From Pseudomonadota bacterium (GTDB lineage: Bacteria > Desulfobacterota > Syntrophia > Syntrophales > UBA8958): a DNA stretch of 64,000 bases. Numbering within the stretch: position 1 is the first letter of the stretch; each line of letters opens with the position of its first letter. Position numbers and translations under genes: made by a program. The stretch spans positions 30,561-94,560 of the forward strand of contig JASGUC010000004.1 in NCBI GenBank assembly GCA_030057915.1, written 5' to 3'. The notes beneath the pieces are model-generated. The model saw nothing but the letters and a program-made list of their open reading frames with translations, was not told the DNA's origin and made no database searches. Positions 36,580-46,244 of the stretch are shown in pieces.

Positions 36580-37352
36580 TACCGGCAGATCCCGCGCTGA
36601 CTGTTCTGGATGAAGTCGATGAATTGCCGTACTTCCGGGCAATCCGGAACATCCGTCCGGACCTTTTCGAGCGCCGTCTTCAAGAGCAGGGAAGAACGAA
36701 AGACGATCCGATAGGCCAGCTTCAGCGCCTGGATGGTTTCCGGGGCGAAGCTCCTCCTTTTCAGACCGATGAGATTCAGGCCGTAAAGCCTGGCCATGTT
36801 TCCCGAGGCCATGACAAAGGGCGGGATGTCCTTGCCGACGGCGGAGCAGCCGCCGATGATGCAATGGGCGCCGATGCGGGTGAACTGATGGATCCCCGTC
36901 ATGCCGCCGATGATGGCGTTGTCCTCCACGTGGACATGGCCGGCCAGGTTGGCGGCGTTGGCCATGACGATCCGGTTGCCCAGCTTGCAGTTGTGGGCAA
37001 TGTGACAATAGGCCATGATGAGATTGCCGTGCCCCAGGATCGTGACGCCGATATCGGCGGCGGTGGCGCGATGGATCGTGGCGAATTCGCGGATCGTGTT
37101 GTGATCGCCGATGATGGTGCGCGTGATCTCGCCGCGGAACTTGAGGTCCTGGGGCATGGCGCCGATGGAGGCGAACTGAAAGACCCGGCATCCCGCGCCG
37201 ATGTCCGTATGTTCCTCGATGACCACATGGGGTCCGATGACGGTATTCTTGCCGATATTGACATCGGCGGCGATGATGGAATAAGGGCCGATCTCCACCC
37301 CTTCCGCCAGGTTGGCCGCCCCGGAGACGACGGCAGTCGGATGTATCTTCAT
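36579..37352 (-). CDS. lpxA: Acyl-ACP:UDP-GlcNAc O-acyltransferase
   Basis: [27 protein letters not shown], hexapeptide repeats, and a C-terminal [12 protein letters not shown] helical domain. Confidence 0.9.
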   Translation of the reverse strand: MKIHPTAVVSGAANLAEGVEIGPYSIIAADVNIGKNTVIGPHVVIEEHTDIGAGCRVFQFASIGAMPQDLKFRGEITRTIIGDHNTIREFATIHRATAADIGVTILGHGNLIMAYCHIAHNCKLGNRIVMANAANLAGHVHVEDNAIIGGMTGIHQFTRIGAHCIIGGCSAVGKDIPPFVMASGNMARLYGLNLIGLKRRSFAPETIQALKLAYRIVFRSSLLLKTALEKVRTDVPDCPEVRQFIDFIQNSQRGICR

Positions 37353-38404
37353 AGGTCTTTCGTTATCCCTTCCTCTTCCTTGCCGAATCTTTCCAGCGCC
37401 GCGACCCGCCTATTCAGCGAAGCTATTTTGTTCCTCATCTCCGGGAGCTTGGGGATGGAGGCGGCGGCGCGGAGCCACTCCCGATAGGGCTGCTGGGGGG
37501 CGCCGCCGTAAATCTGTCCCGCGGGGACATCCTTGGTGATTCCGGATCGGGCGGCCACCATGGCCCGGTCGCCGATCTCGATATGCCCGACCAGGCCCGC
37601 CTGGCCGCCGATGAGGACGCCCCGGCCGATGCGGGCGCTGCCGGAGATGCCTACCTGGGCCACGATTACGGCATGCTCGCCGATGACGACGTTGTGGGCG
37701 ATCTGGACGAGATTGTCGATCTTGACGCCTTTCTGAATCCAGGTGCGGCCCAGCGTCGCCCGGTCGATGGTCGTATTGGCGCCGATCTCCACGTCGTCGT
37801 CGATCTGGACGATGCCGACCTGGGGTATCTTGCGGTTTTCTCGACCCGGAACGGCATAGCCGAAACCGTCGCCGCCGACCACGACCCCGGCATGGAGGGT
37901 GACGCGCCGACCGATGACGCAGCCCTCATAGACCGTGACGTTGGGATGGAGCACCGAATCCGCGCCGATCACCACGTCGTCTCCGACCACTACTCCGGGA
38001 TGGAGCACCGCCCCGGCGGCGATCCTGGCCCGGGCGCCGACATAGACCTGGGGGTGGATCGTCGCTGACGGATCCACCTCCGCCCCGACGGCGATGAATG
38101 CCCGGGGGTGAATCCCCGGGGTAGGCCGCGGCCGGCGGTGGAACAACTCCAGGGCCTGGCCGAAGGCCGCATAGGGGTCGGCAACGACGAGGAGGTTCTT
38201 TCCGGGACAAGCGACGCCCGCCCTTACCAGCACCGCCCCGGCGCCGGTAGTGAAGAGCTTCTCGTAATACTTGGGATTGGCCAGGAAGGAGAGTTCTTCT
38301 CCCCGGGCCTCGTCAAGGCCGTTGACCCCCTTGATCACCGCCGCGCCGTCCCCGATCACCCGGCCGCCCAGGAGAGCGGCCAACTCGTTCAATGTCGCTT
38401 CCAC
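37349..38404 (-). CDS. lpxD: UDP-3-O-acylglucosamine N-acyltransferase
   Basis: N-terminal [16 protein letters not shown], a long hexapeptide-repeat left-handed helix, and a 3' overlap with lpxA. GTG 38404 is the first in-frame start downstream of the skp stop. Confidence 0.88.
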   Translation of the reverse strand: MEATLNELAALLGGRVIGDGAAVIKGVNGLDEARGEELSFLANPKYYEKLFTTGAGAVLVRAGVACPGKNLLVVADPYAAFGQALELFHRRPRPTPGIHPRAFIAVGAEVDPSATIHPQVYVGARARIAAGAVLHPGVVVGDDVVIGADSVLHPNVTVYEGCVIGRRVTLHAGVVVGGDGFGYAVPGRENRKIPQVGIVQIDDDVEIGANTTIDRATLGRTWIQKGVKIDNLVQIAHNVVIGEHAVIVAQVGISGSARIGRGVLIGGQAGLVGHIEIGDRAMVAARSGITKDVPAGQIYGGAPQQPYREWLRAAASIPKLPEMRNKIASLNRRVAALERFGKEEEGITKDL

Positions 38405-38411
38405 GGTTCCG

Positions 38412-38948
38412 TTATTTGGCTTGTCTGGTCTTGTCGAATTCGTCGATGACCCGTTGGGTGAGGATGTTCCCCTTGGCATGGTAGGCGATGGGGACGGCGC
38501 TCAGGTCGATGATCAACGTGTAGCCCTCCTTCTCTCCGATGGCGTTCACGATCTTGAGGATCTCCGGGACGTTCTTGCCCAGGAATTCCTGACGCCGGAG
38601 CTGCATTTCGTCATTGGCGTCCTTGACCATGTCCTGATAATCCCGAAACTTTTTCTGGTAGGCCTGCTCCCTGTCCCGGAGGGCCTTTTCGGTGAGGACC
38701 GGGCGCTGTTTCTCCAACTCCTCCTTGAGACGCTGCAGTTCCTTCTCCTTGCCCTGTATGTCGGCGCGGTTTTTTTCGTAGTTCTTTTTCAACTCCTCCA
38801 AGACCGCCTTGCCGATCCGGGAGTTCATCAGGACTTCCTCCACATGGAGGAAACCGATCTTCTCCGCCCGCGATGCGGCGGGCGCTGCCAGGAAGATGGA
38901 AAAGGCGACGAGCGCCCCGATGGCCCCTATGGTCTTTTTCATTAACAA
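38412..38948 (-). CDS. skp: Periplasmic chaperone Skp/OmpH
   Basis: Signal peptide plus coiled-coil [37 protein letters not shown]. Canonical position between bamA and lpxD. Confidence 0.88.
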   Translation of the reverse strand: MLMKKTIGAIGALVAFSIFLAAPAASRAEKIGFLHVEEVLMNSRIGKAVLEELKKNYEKNRADIQGKEKELQRLKEELEKQRPVLTEKALRDREQAYQKKFRDYQDMVKDANDEMQLRRQEFLGKNVPEILKIVNAIGEKEGYTLIIDLSAVPIAYHAKGNILTQRVIDEFDKTRQAK

Positions 38949-38969
38949 CCCTCCGTAATTGGTTTATTT

Positions 38970-41642
38970 CTACATCATCATGCCGATGGTGAACTCCCAC
39001 CGGCTTGGGTCCTCGCCGTCCTTGCGGTCCAGGACGTATCCCCACTCCAGACGCAGCGGCCCCACGGGGGAATACCAGCGGATGCCGGCGCCGGCGGTCT
39101 GGCGCATGTCGTCCAGGTGATAGCCGTTTTCCCAGGCGTTGCCGGTATCGTAAAAGAACACGCCCTTCATGCCGGCATTCTTGATCAGGGGGAAAACGAA
39201 ATCGGCGCTGAACGAAAGCATGGTCTTGCCGCCGATCAGGTCGCCGGTGACCGGGTCCCGGGGTCCGATGTCCCGCAAGCCCCTCAGGCTGTTTATGCCG
39301 CCGAGGTAATATCGTTCATAAACGGGCAGTTCCTTCCCCTCATTGGGTTGCAGAAAACCGATGCGCCCCCGGACGTCGAACACCGTTTCCAGGGGCAGGG
39401 GGAAGAACCAGGCGGAGGTGCCGGTGTATTTTGTGAAGCTCACCGAGCCCCCCAGAAGCCAGCCGGCCTGAAGGATGGTCGCGGCGTTTTTTGAGCCCGT
39501 GGTGGGGAAGAAATCGTCGTCCGTGGAGTCCCGGGAGAGGGTGAAGCCCATGCTGCTCGTCGTGGCATTGCCGGCCTGCTGCTTGATGTAATTCGAGGCA
39601 AATACAGAGACGTTTTTGACGTCTGTGAAGGCCAGGGTATAGGAGACGTAGCCGTTGATCTTCTCCCAGAGCGGATAGCCGAAGACGGCGCCGGCGCCTT
39701 TGGTGTCCAGATCGTACGTGTCGTAGATCCGATTGGAGTTCCAGAGGTCGAACTTGCTCCACAGGGGGATGTCGAAGAGCCAGGGTTCCGTAAAGGATAT
39801 GTCATAGTAGGAGGACACCGACCCGATGTTCGCCTTCAAGCTCAGAATCTGCCCCCGCCCGAAGAGGTTCTGCTGGGAGATCTGGGCCATCACCATGGCC
39901 CTGTCCAGGGCGCTGTAGCCGGCCCCCATGCTCACCATGCCCGTGGGTTTTTCCTTGAGGCGGATATTCACATCCGCCAGGGAATCGTCGGGGCCCTTTT
40001 CCGACTGGAAATCCACCTCCTCGAAGAATCTCAGCCGCATGAGATTCTTGTAGCTGTCCTTCATCTTGGCGCTGCTGTAGAGTTCGCCTTCCGTCATTTC
40101 GAGCGCTCTCCGGACAACCTTGTCCCTGGTCTTGGTGTTGCCGATGAGGGAAATCCTGTTGAAGTAAACAAGATTTCCTTTCTTTATCTCATAGTCGATA
40201 TCCACATCGAGGGCATTTTCGTTCACCTTTGTCATGGGCGTCACTTCCGCGTAGGCGTAGCCCTCGTCATTGCAGGCCTGGGTGAGCAGCTCCATGTCTT
40301 TGATGACCGCGCCCCGATCGAAGTGCCCCTGCTTCCGGATGTTGAGTTTTTCCATCAATTCCGATCGCTTCACCTTCAACTCGTCGCCGGTGACATCCAC
40401 CCGGCCCACCCGGAACCGCTGACCTTCCGTGATGGGGATCTTGATGTAAACCCCTTTTTTGTCATAGCTGATGTCTCCGTCCCCCACCTGGGCGGCGATG
40501 AAGCCGTTGTTCAGATAGAAGGCGTTGAGACGGTTGATGTCCTGCTTCAGCTCCGTCTTTTTCAGAAGGCCCGAGTCGGTGAAGAAATAGAAAAAGCCCT
40601 GTTCCGAGGTCTTCATGATCTTCTTGAGTTCATTGTCCCGAAAGGAACGGTTGCCCTCGAAGGAGATCTTCTTGATGTACAGCCGGGCGTTCTCCTTGAT
40701 GGTAAAGATCACCCGGATGTCCTTCTCCCGCTCCCTTTCAATGGCGTAAGCGATCTCGGCGTTGAAGTAGCCCCTGTCGTCATACAGGGCCTTGATCTTC
40801 TCCACGGAGGCGGCGACCTTTTCCCTGCTCAACGCCTGTCGGGTCTTGAAGGTCAGGACCGCCTCGATGTCCTTGGTGTCCAGCTTTTTGTTGCCCTTGA
40901 TCTGGATATCCGTGATGAGTCCCTTTTCCTTCACGATGAAGGTGATGGTTTTCCCCTCCGGGGCGTCGGCGACATCCGCGGCGACATCGTCGAAGTAGCC
41001 AAGCTTGTAGATCGCCCGGATGTCCTCGTTGAGAGTGGTTTCCGAATAGACCCCCCCGGGGGCGCTTTTGAGGACCTGACTGATGGCGCTGTTCTCGATC
41101 TTCTTGTTTCCCTGGAAGCCGATGGCGGCAATCCTCTGGGTCGCCGAGGTCTTGACGAGGATGTCCCCCCGCAACTGACCGGCGATGGCCGGGATGCTTT
41201 CCGGTCCCTTGCCCTGAGCGGAGCTGGGGGGGAGATGCCTCCCCGCCGCGACGTCGAAGATCCGCAGGTCCACATTGAGGGTTTCCCCTAATTCCGTCAC
41301 CGTTCCCGATACCACATAGCCCGCCCCGACCGCTTTGCCCAGCTCCGTCAACGTCGCCGCGTCGAGCCTCTTTTCGGCGAGAAAGGACAGGGTCCTCTCC
41401 CTATCGACGACCTGGACATTCTTGGATTTTACCAGCTCCCGGGTCAGATGGCCGTAAAAGGAATCCCGCAAAAAATCCCCCGGACCCTTGCTGTGGACCG
41501 TGAAGGGGATTATCGCCACCGTCACCGGCTCGGGCGGGGCCGCCGCCGCCGGACCGATCCACCACAACAAGACGAGCAGCGATCCTGTAAGCAAAGAGGC
41601 CGCGATTTTATGTCTTCGAGATGTCATAAGTCCTTCCATCAC
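38970..41642 (-). CDS. bamA: Outer membrane protein assembly factor BamA with an extra N-terminal domain
   Basis: Five POTRA-like repeats (from IAAIGFQGNKKIEN to NRISLIGNTKTRDKVVRR) and a C-terminal Omp85 barrel. 890 aa. The 5' end overlaps the lolD 3' end by 20-35 nt, depending on the start chosen. Confidence 0.9.
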   Translation of the reverse strand: MMEGLMTSRRHKIAASLLTGSLLVLLWWIGPAAAAPPEPVTVAIIPFTVHSKGPGDFLRDSFYGHLTRELVKSKNVQVVDRERTLSFLAEKRLDAATLTELGKAVGAGYVVSGTVTELGETLNVDLRIFDVAAGRHLPPSSAQGKGPESIPAIAGQLRGDILVKTSATQRIAAIGFQGNKKIENSAISQVLKSAPGGVYSETTLNEDIRAIYKLGYFDDVAADVADAPEGKTITFIVKEKGLITDIQIKGNKKLDTKDIEAVLTFKTRQALSREKVAASVEKIKALYDDRGYFNAEIAYAIEREREKDIRVIFTIKENARLYIKKISFEGNRSFRDNELKKIMKTSEQGFFYFFTDSGLLKKTELKQDINRLNAFYLNNGFIAAQVGDGDISYDKKGVYIKIPITEGQRFRVGRVDVTGDELKVKRSELMEKLNIRKQGHFDRGAVIKDMELLTQACNDEGYAYAEVTPMTKVNENALDVDIDYEIKKGNLVYFNRISLIGNTKTRDKVVRRALEMTEGELYSSAKMKDSYKNLMRLRFFEEVDFQSEKGPDDSLADVNIRLKEKPTGMVSMGAGYSALDRAMVMAQISQQNLFGRGQILSLKANIGSVSSYYDISFTEPWLFDIPLWSKFDLWNSNRIYDTYDLDTKGAGAVFGYPLWEKINGYVSYTLAFTDVKNVSVFASNYIKQQAGNATTSSMGFTLSRDSTDDDFFPTTGSKNAATILQAGWLLGGSVSFTKYTGTSAWFFPLPLETVFDVRGRIGFLQPNEGKELPVYERYYLGGINSLRGLRDIGPRDPVTGDLIGGKTMLSFSADFVFPLIKNAGMKGVFFYDTGNAWENGYHLDDMRQTAGAGIRWYSPVGPLRLEWGYVLDRKDGEDPSRWEFTIGMMM

Positions 41643-42285
41643 GGAGGCCGACCTTTCGTTGCAGACGGTCCGCCAGGTTATTGTTGTGCGTGACCACCAC
41701 CAGGGTTATCCGTTTGGCGACGTTCAGTTCCACGAGCAGGTCTTCTATCTTTTTTCCTGTTTCCGTGTCAAGGTTTCCTGTCGGTTCGTCGGCCAGCAGG
41801 ACATCCGGGGCCATGACCAGCGCCCGGGCCACGGCGCACCGCTGTTGTTCGCCTCCGGAAAGCTCGCCCGATTTATGGGTCAAGCGGTGCGCGAGGCCCA
41901 CGCTCGCCAGGAGGGATTCCGCCCGCTGCCTTGCCTCCCGGCGGGAGACGCCGTGGATCAGGGCCGGCATCATGGCGTTTTCCAGGGCGTTGAATTCCGG
42001 CAGCAGGTTGTGCAACTGAAAGACGAACCCGACCTTCCGGTTGCGGAAATCGGCCAGCTTGTCCTCGTCCCAGGTAAAGATGTTCGTGCCGTCGAAGCGC
42101 ACCTCTCCGGCGGTGGGGCGATCCAGCGCCCCCAGGATGTGGATCAGGGTGCTCTTCCCCGCCCCGGAGACCCCGAGAAGGGCCAGGGACTCCCCCTTCC
42201 GGACGGCGAGGTCCAGGCCCTTCAACACCTCGATGCGGTTCCCGTCCTTGACAAAGGTCTTTTTCAGATCCTTGACCAGAATCAT
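41608..42285 (-). CDS. lolD: Lipoprotein-releasing system ATP-binding protein
   Basis: MILVKDLKKTF, Walker A GVSGAGKST, signature LSGGEQQRCAVARAL and Walker B LLADEPTGNLD. ATG 42285 overlaps the lolC/E stop (ATGA). Confidence 0.88.
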   Translation of the reverse strand: MILVKDLKKTFVKDGNRIEVLKGLDLAVRKGESLALLGVSGAGKSTLIHILGALDRPTAGEVRFDGTNIFTWDEDKLADFRNRKVGFVFQLHNLLPEFNALENAMMPALIHGVSRREARQRAESLLASVGLAHRLTHKSGELSGGEQQRCAVARALVMAPDVLLADEPTGNLDTETGKKIEDLLVELNVAKRITLVVVTHNNNLADRLQRKVGLRDGRTYDISKT

Positions 42286-43562
42286 CAATCGTACCTCAGG
42301 GCCTCCGCGGGATCCATCCTCGCCGCCCGTCGGGAGGGATGGATCGTGGCGAGGAAACAGATCGTCATGGCGCCGATGACGATCATGGCCACGTCGCCAT
42401 AGTTTACCTTGGAGGGAAGCTCCGACAGGTAATAGACATCTCCGGGCAGGATCTTTATCCCCAGCAGGCGCTCGACGAAAAGTGAGATGGCGGCCAGGTT
42501 GAAGGCGATGGCGAGCCCGGCGGCGGCGCCGATGGCCGTGCCGACCGCCCCGATGATCACGCCCTGGAAGATGAATATCTTCATGATATTCCTCGCGGTG
42601 GCCCCCATGGATTTTAAAATGGCGATGTCCTTGCTCTTCTCCATGACCACCATGATCAGGGTGGTGATGATATTGAACGCCGCCACCAGGACGATGAGGC
42701 TCAGGATGACGAACATCACCCGCTTTTCCAGACGCAGGGCGGCAAAGAGGTTCTTGTTCATTTCCATCCAGTTCCGCGCCCAATAGGGATAACCGAGCGT
42801 CTTCTCGATGTCTTTCGCCACCGCGTCGGCCCGGTACAGGTCCTTGACCTTGATCTCCAGGCCCGTGACCAACCCGGGCATGTTGAGGAATTCCTGGGCG
42901 TCCGCGAGGTGGATGTAGGCCAGGGTGGAATCGTATTCATAAAAACCCGAATCGAAGATGCCGACGACCAGAAAGCGCTTCATCTTGGGGACCATGCCCA
43001 TGGGGGTCGAAATCCCCAGGGGCGAAACGATCGTAAGGGTGTCGTGGAGATAAGCCCCCAGCATCTTCGCCAGTTCCTTGCCGATGAGGATGCCGGGGAG
43101 TTCCGCCCGGTCCGGCGGAACGGGGAGGGAGGCCCGGGCCCGGTGATCCAGATGCTCCACCCTGCCCTCCTTGATCTTCCCCAGACTGATGACCCGGAAG
43201 GCGCTTTCCGGCGCCAGGCCCCGGAGGACCACCCCCGTGACGCCGTTTTGACTCTTCAGCATGGCTTGGCTGTAGATGAACGGGGTGGCGGCCACGACAT
43301 CCTCCATGGCCTCCACCTTTTTCGCTACCTCCCGGGGCCCTTTCATCGGGCCTGTGTATTCCATGAGCAGGACATGGGAGTTGATCCCCAGGATCTTGTT
43401 CCGCAGGTCCGTTTCGAAGCCGTTCATCACCGCCAGCACGATGATCAGGGCGGCGACGCCCAGGGCGATGCCGCCGATGGACAGAAAGGCGATTATGGAG
43501 ACGAAGACCTGTTTCCGCTTGGCCTTGAGGTAGCGCAGGCTGATGAAGAGTTCGAAGGACAT
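42285..43562 (-). CDS. lolC: Lipoprotein-releasing system permease (LolC/LolE family, FtsX/MacB-type)
   Basis: MSFELFISLRYLKAKRKQ N-terminus, a periplasmic domain and a C-terminal FtsX-like four-TM region. Confidence 0.85.
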   Translation of the reverse strand: MSFELFISLRYLKAKRKQVFVSIIAFLSIGGIALGVAALIIVLAVMNGFETDLRNKILGINSHVLLMEYTGPMKGPREVAKKVEAMEDVVAATPFIYSQAMLKSQNGVTGVVLRGLAPESAFRVISLGKIKEGRVEHLDHRARASLPVPPDRAELPGILIGKELAKMLGAYLHDTLTIVSPLGISTPMGMVPKMKRFLVVGIFDSGFYEYDSTLAYIHLADAQEFLNMPGLVTGLEIKVKDLYRADAVAKDIEKTLGYPYWARNWMEMNKNLFAALRLEKRVMFVILSLIVLVAAFNIITTLIMVVMEKSKDIAILKSMGATARNIMKIFIFQGVIIGAVGTAIGAAAGLAIAFNLAAISLFVERLLGIKILPGDVYYLSELPSKVNYGDVAMIVIGAMTICFLATIHPSRRAARMDPAEALRYD

Positions 43563-43566
43563 GTAA

Positions 43567-45051
43567 CTACAGTTCGTCCCTGATCCGAAGCTGGGGGAAG
43601 AGGATGACGTCGCGGATCGAGGCGGAGTTCGTCAAGAGCATCACCAGCCGGTCGATCCCGATGCCTTCCCCCGCCGTGGGAGGCATGGCGCTCTCCAGGG
43701 TCTGGACGTAATCCTCGTCCATCACGTGGGCCTCCTCGTCCCCCGCCTCCCGTTCCCGGAGCTGCATCAGGAAACGTTCCCGCTGGTCCTCGGGGTCGTT
43801 GAGTTCGGAGAAGGCGTTGGCGATCTCCCGGCCGTGGACATAGAGTTCGAAACGGTCGGTAAAGTCCGGGTTCCGGGGGTTCCGGCGGGAAAGGGGGGAA
43901 ACCTCCACTGGATACTGGGTGACGAAGGTGGGCTGGATGAGTTCCTTCTCCACCTTTTCCTCGAAGATCGTCATGAGGATCCTGCCCGCCGCCGTATTCT
44001 CCTGCGGTTCCAGGCCCATGTCCGCCGCCAAGGCAAGCAGTCGCCCCCGGTCGTCCAGGGTTCCCGGGGCGATCCCCAGGTGGCGTTCGACCGCCTCCCG
44101 GACGGTGGTCCGTCGCCAGGGGGGGGTCAAATCGATCTCCGTCCCCTGATAGACGAAGCGGGGCCCGCCGAAGAGGTTTTCCGCCAGGAAGAGGAAGAGT
44201 TCCTCGGTGAATTGCATCAGGTCTTCGTAAGTGGCGTAGGCCAGATAGAACTCCATCATGGTGAATTCCGGGTTGTGGAAGGTGGAGATCCCCTCGTTGC
44301 GGAAATTGCGATTGATCTCGTACACCCTTTCCAGCCCCCCGGTTACGAGTCGCTTGAGATAAAGCTCCGGGGCGATGCGGAGGTACAAATCCATGCCCAG
44401 GGTATTGTGAAAGGTCTTGAAGGGCTTGGCGGCGGCCCCGCCGGCCCGGGGCTGCATCATCGGGGTTTCCACCTCGAGGAAGTCGCGGCTGTCCATAAAG
44501 TCCCGGATAAGCTTGATGATCCGGCTCCGCCTATGGAAGGTCTCCCGAACGTCCGGGTTCATGATGAGGTCGAGATGTCGGCGGCGGTATCTCGTCTCCA
44601 CGTCCGTCAGGCCGTGCCATTTCTCCGGCAGGGGGCGCAGGGCCTTGGCCAGAAGGCGAAGCCGCCCGGCCTCGATGGTCAGTTCTCCGGTTTTGGTCTT
44701 GAATATCCTGCCGGCGATATAGATGATGTCCCCCACGTCGAGACGCCGGAAGAGGTCATAATCCGCCTCCGGCAGGGTCTTCTTCTGGATGAAGCCCTGG
44801 AGGCGGCCCTTGCGGTCCTGGATGCTTATGAAGGAGGCCTTGCCGAAATTTCTCACCGCCATGAGCCGGCCGGCGAGGGAAAATGTGTCCTTGATCCCCC
44901 CCAGAGCCTCGTTGTCCAAGGCGCCGAAACGCGCCCGCAACTCCGCCGAGGTATTGTCCACCCGGACCCCGTTGGGATAGGGATCGATGCCCGCGGCCCG
45001 CAGGGCGGAGATCTTTTCCTTCCGTGTCCTCGTCAGTTCGCTCTCTTCCAT
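43567..45051 (-). CDS. lysS: Lysine--tRNA ligase (class II)
   Basis: FLEVETPMMQ (motif 1 region), YLRIAPELYLKRL, NFRNEG and GIGIDRLVMLL (motif 3). Start trimmed to ATG 45051 (MEESELTRTRKEKI). Confidence 0.92.
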   Translation of the reverse strand: MEESELTRTRKEKISALRAAGIDPYPNGVRVDNTSAELRARFGALDNEALGGIKDTFSLAGRLMAVRNFGKASFISIQDRKGRLQGFIQKKTLPEADYDLFRRLDVGDIIYIAGRIFKTKTGELTIEAGRLRLLAKALRPLPEKWHGLTDVETRYRRRHLDLIMNPDVRETFHRRSRIIKLIRDFMDSRDFLEVETPMMQPRAGGAAAKPFKTFHNTLGMDLYLRIAPELYLKRLVTGGLERVYEINRNFRNEGISTFHNPEFTMMEFYLAYATYEDLMQFTEELFLFLAENLFGGPRFVYQGTEIDLTPPWRRTTVREAVERHLGIAPGTLDDRGRLLALAADMGLEPQENTAAGRILMTIFEEKVEKELIQPTFVTQYPVEVSPLSRRNPRNPDFTDRFELYVHGREIANAFSELNDPEDQRERFLMQLREREAGDEEAHVMDEDYVQTLESAMPPTAGEGIGIDRLVMLLTNSASIRDVILFPQLRIRDEL

Positions 45052-45149
45052 GGCCTGTTCGCCTCGTCGTTTAAAAGGGTTCGATTTGCTATCCCTTTTT
45101 CCGTCAATAGTCAAGGATGATTTCCCCCGCGGCGGGCATCCGAATAATG

Positions 45150-45178
45150 TTGCCATCGCGGTGAAACTTATGTATGGT
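45150..45178 (+). promoter_or_regulatory. Putative sigma70-type promoter of ssb
   Basis: TTGCCA, 17-nt spacer, TATGGT, located about 65 nt upstream of the ssb ATG. Sequence match only. Confidence 0.3.
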
Positions 45179-45242
45179 CTCTGAAAAATGAGGCATGGCG
45201 TTCATTGATGGCGGGCGGATAAACGCATATTAAGGAGGGTTT

Positions 45243-45659
45243 ATGATCAACAAAGCTATTCTTGTCGGCAGGCTGGGGAGCGATCCGGAGGTCAGGTTTT
45301 CACCCGATGGGCTGCAGATAACGTCTTTCCGGATAGCCACGGATGAAATCCGCCGGGATAAAAATGGCGAAAGAACGAAGAAGACAGAGTGGCATCGCAT
45401 CGTCACCTTCGGCAAACTGGCTGAAATCTGCGGGAACTATCTCACAAAGGGTAAGCTGGTTTACATCGAGGGGAGCATCCGCACCAATGCCTGGGAAGAC
45501 AAGGAGGGGGTGAAGCGATATACGACCGAAATCACCGCCAACGATATGAAAATGCTCGACCCCAAGGGCCAGCAGCGGGATCAGGCGCCGGCGGCTTCGG
45601 AGGGGACGCCGCCCTATTTCAGTCCGGAATCCCTTCCCGATGACGATGTGCCGTTTTGA
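45243..45659 (+). CDS. ssb: Single-stranded DNA-binding protein
   Basis: MINKAILVGRLGSDPEVRF OB-fold N-terminus and an acidic C-terminal tip DDDVPF. Confidence 0.92.
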   Translation: MINKAILVGRLGSDPEVRFSPDGLQITSFRIATDEIRRDKNGERTKKTEWHRIVTFGKLAEICGNYLTKGKLVYIEGSIRTNAWEDKEGVKRYTTEITANDMKMLDPKGQQRDQAPAASEGTPPYFSPESLPDDDVPF

Positions 45660-45662
45660 GGG

Positions 45663-45848
45663 CTATTTGGGTTCGATTTTTTTGTTATCCGGGGCGGCGT
45701 CTATTTCGTCGGATTCCCGGATCGATCTTTTGAAGTTCTTGATGCCCTTTCCGATGGCGCCGCCGATTTCCGGGAGTTTCCCGGCCCCGAATATTATCAG
45801 GACGATAATCAGAATAACGACCAGTTCCTGCATGCCGATGCCAAACAT
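45663..45848 (-). CDS. tatA: Twin-arginine translocase subunit TatA/E
   Basis: [40 protein letters not shown]. Confidence 0.9.
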   Translation of the reverse strand: MFGIGMQELVVILIIVLIIFGAGKLPEIGGAIGKGIKNFKRSIRESDEIDAAPDNKKIEPK

Positions 45849-45936
45849 ATCAGGACTCCTTTCCGGAGAATGAGTTTGTTTCCGCGTCGTCTTTAAAACA
45901 TTGCGCCGGGGTTGTCAAACCTTTCCGCATCCCTTT

Positions 45937-46040
45937 CAGGGTAAATTTGTTCTCAATTTAAGGAGTTGATTTTGAATGATATGCTAAAACTGAGGCACGT
46001 CCTGTTTTCAGCCACTTAGAGATAGAACAAATTTACCTTG
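45937..46040 (+). mobile_element. 104-bp MITE (family 2), copy 1
   Basis: 17-nt TIRs CAGGGTAAATTTGTTCT / AGAACAAATTTACCTTG. Flanked by a perfect 10-bp direct repeat GCATCCCTTT at 45927-45936 and 46041-46050. Confidence 0.8.
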
Positions 46041-46093
46041 GCATCCCTTTGCGGTTCCGCCCGTCCGCGTTTCCGGGGGCCGCGGGGTGACAC

Positions 46094-46227
46094 GAGTCCT
46101 CTGCAAACCCCCGTTTTTTGTCCTCCCATGGTCCCTTCCGGGAAGGTGGGAATCCAGGGTCCGCTACCATTTTCTGGACGCCGTCTCCAGCCCGACAGGG
46201 CATGAGCGACGGTTTTTCAAAGGCCTC
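46094..46227. repeat. ~134-bp terminus-sharing repeat element (degenerate left end)
   Basis: Begins GAGTCCTCTGCAAACC and ends TTTTTCAAAGGCCTC. The interior has a GGGAATCCAGGG module related, in reverse, to the 22376 element. Confidence 0.5.
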
Positions 46228-46244
46228 GAAACGGCGCGATGGCC

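Noticed and set aside
45849-46244. Search for tRNA or small-RNA genes in the larger intergenic gaps (45.85-46.24 kb, 48.38-48.58 kb, 60.39-60.77 kb, 26.82-27.02 kb)
   Set aside because: No cloverleaf-compatible sequence, rRNA fragment or recognisable riboswitch core was seen by eye. The gaps are largely accounted for by the repeat elements. A covariance-model scan (tRNAscan-SE or Infernal) would be needed for certainty.
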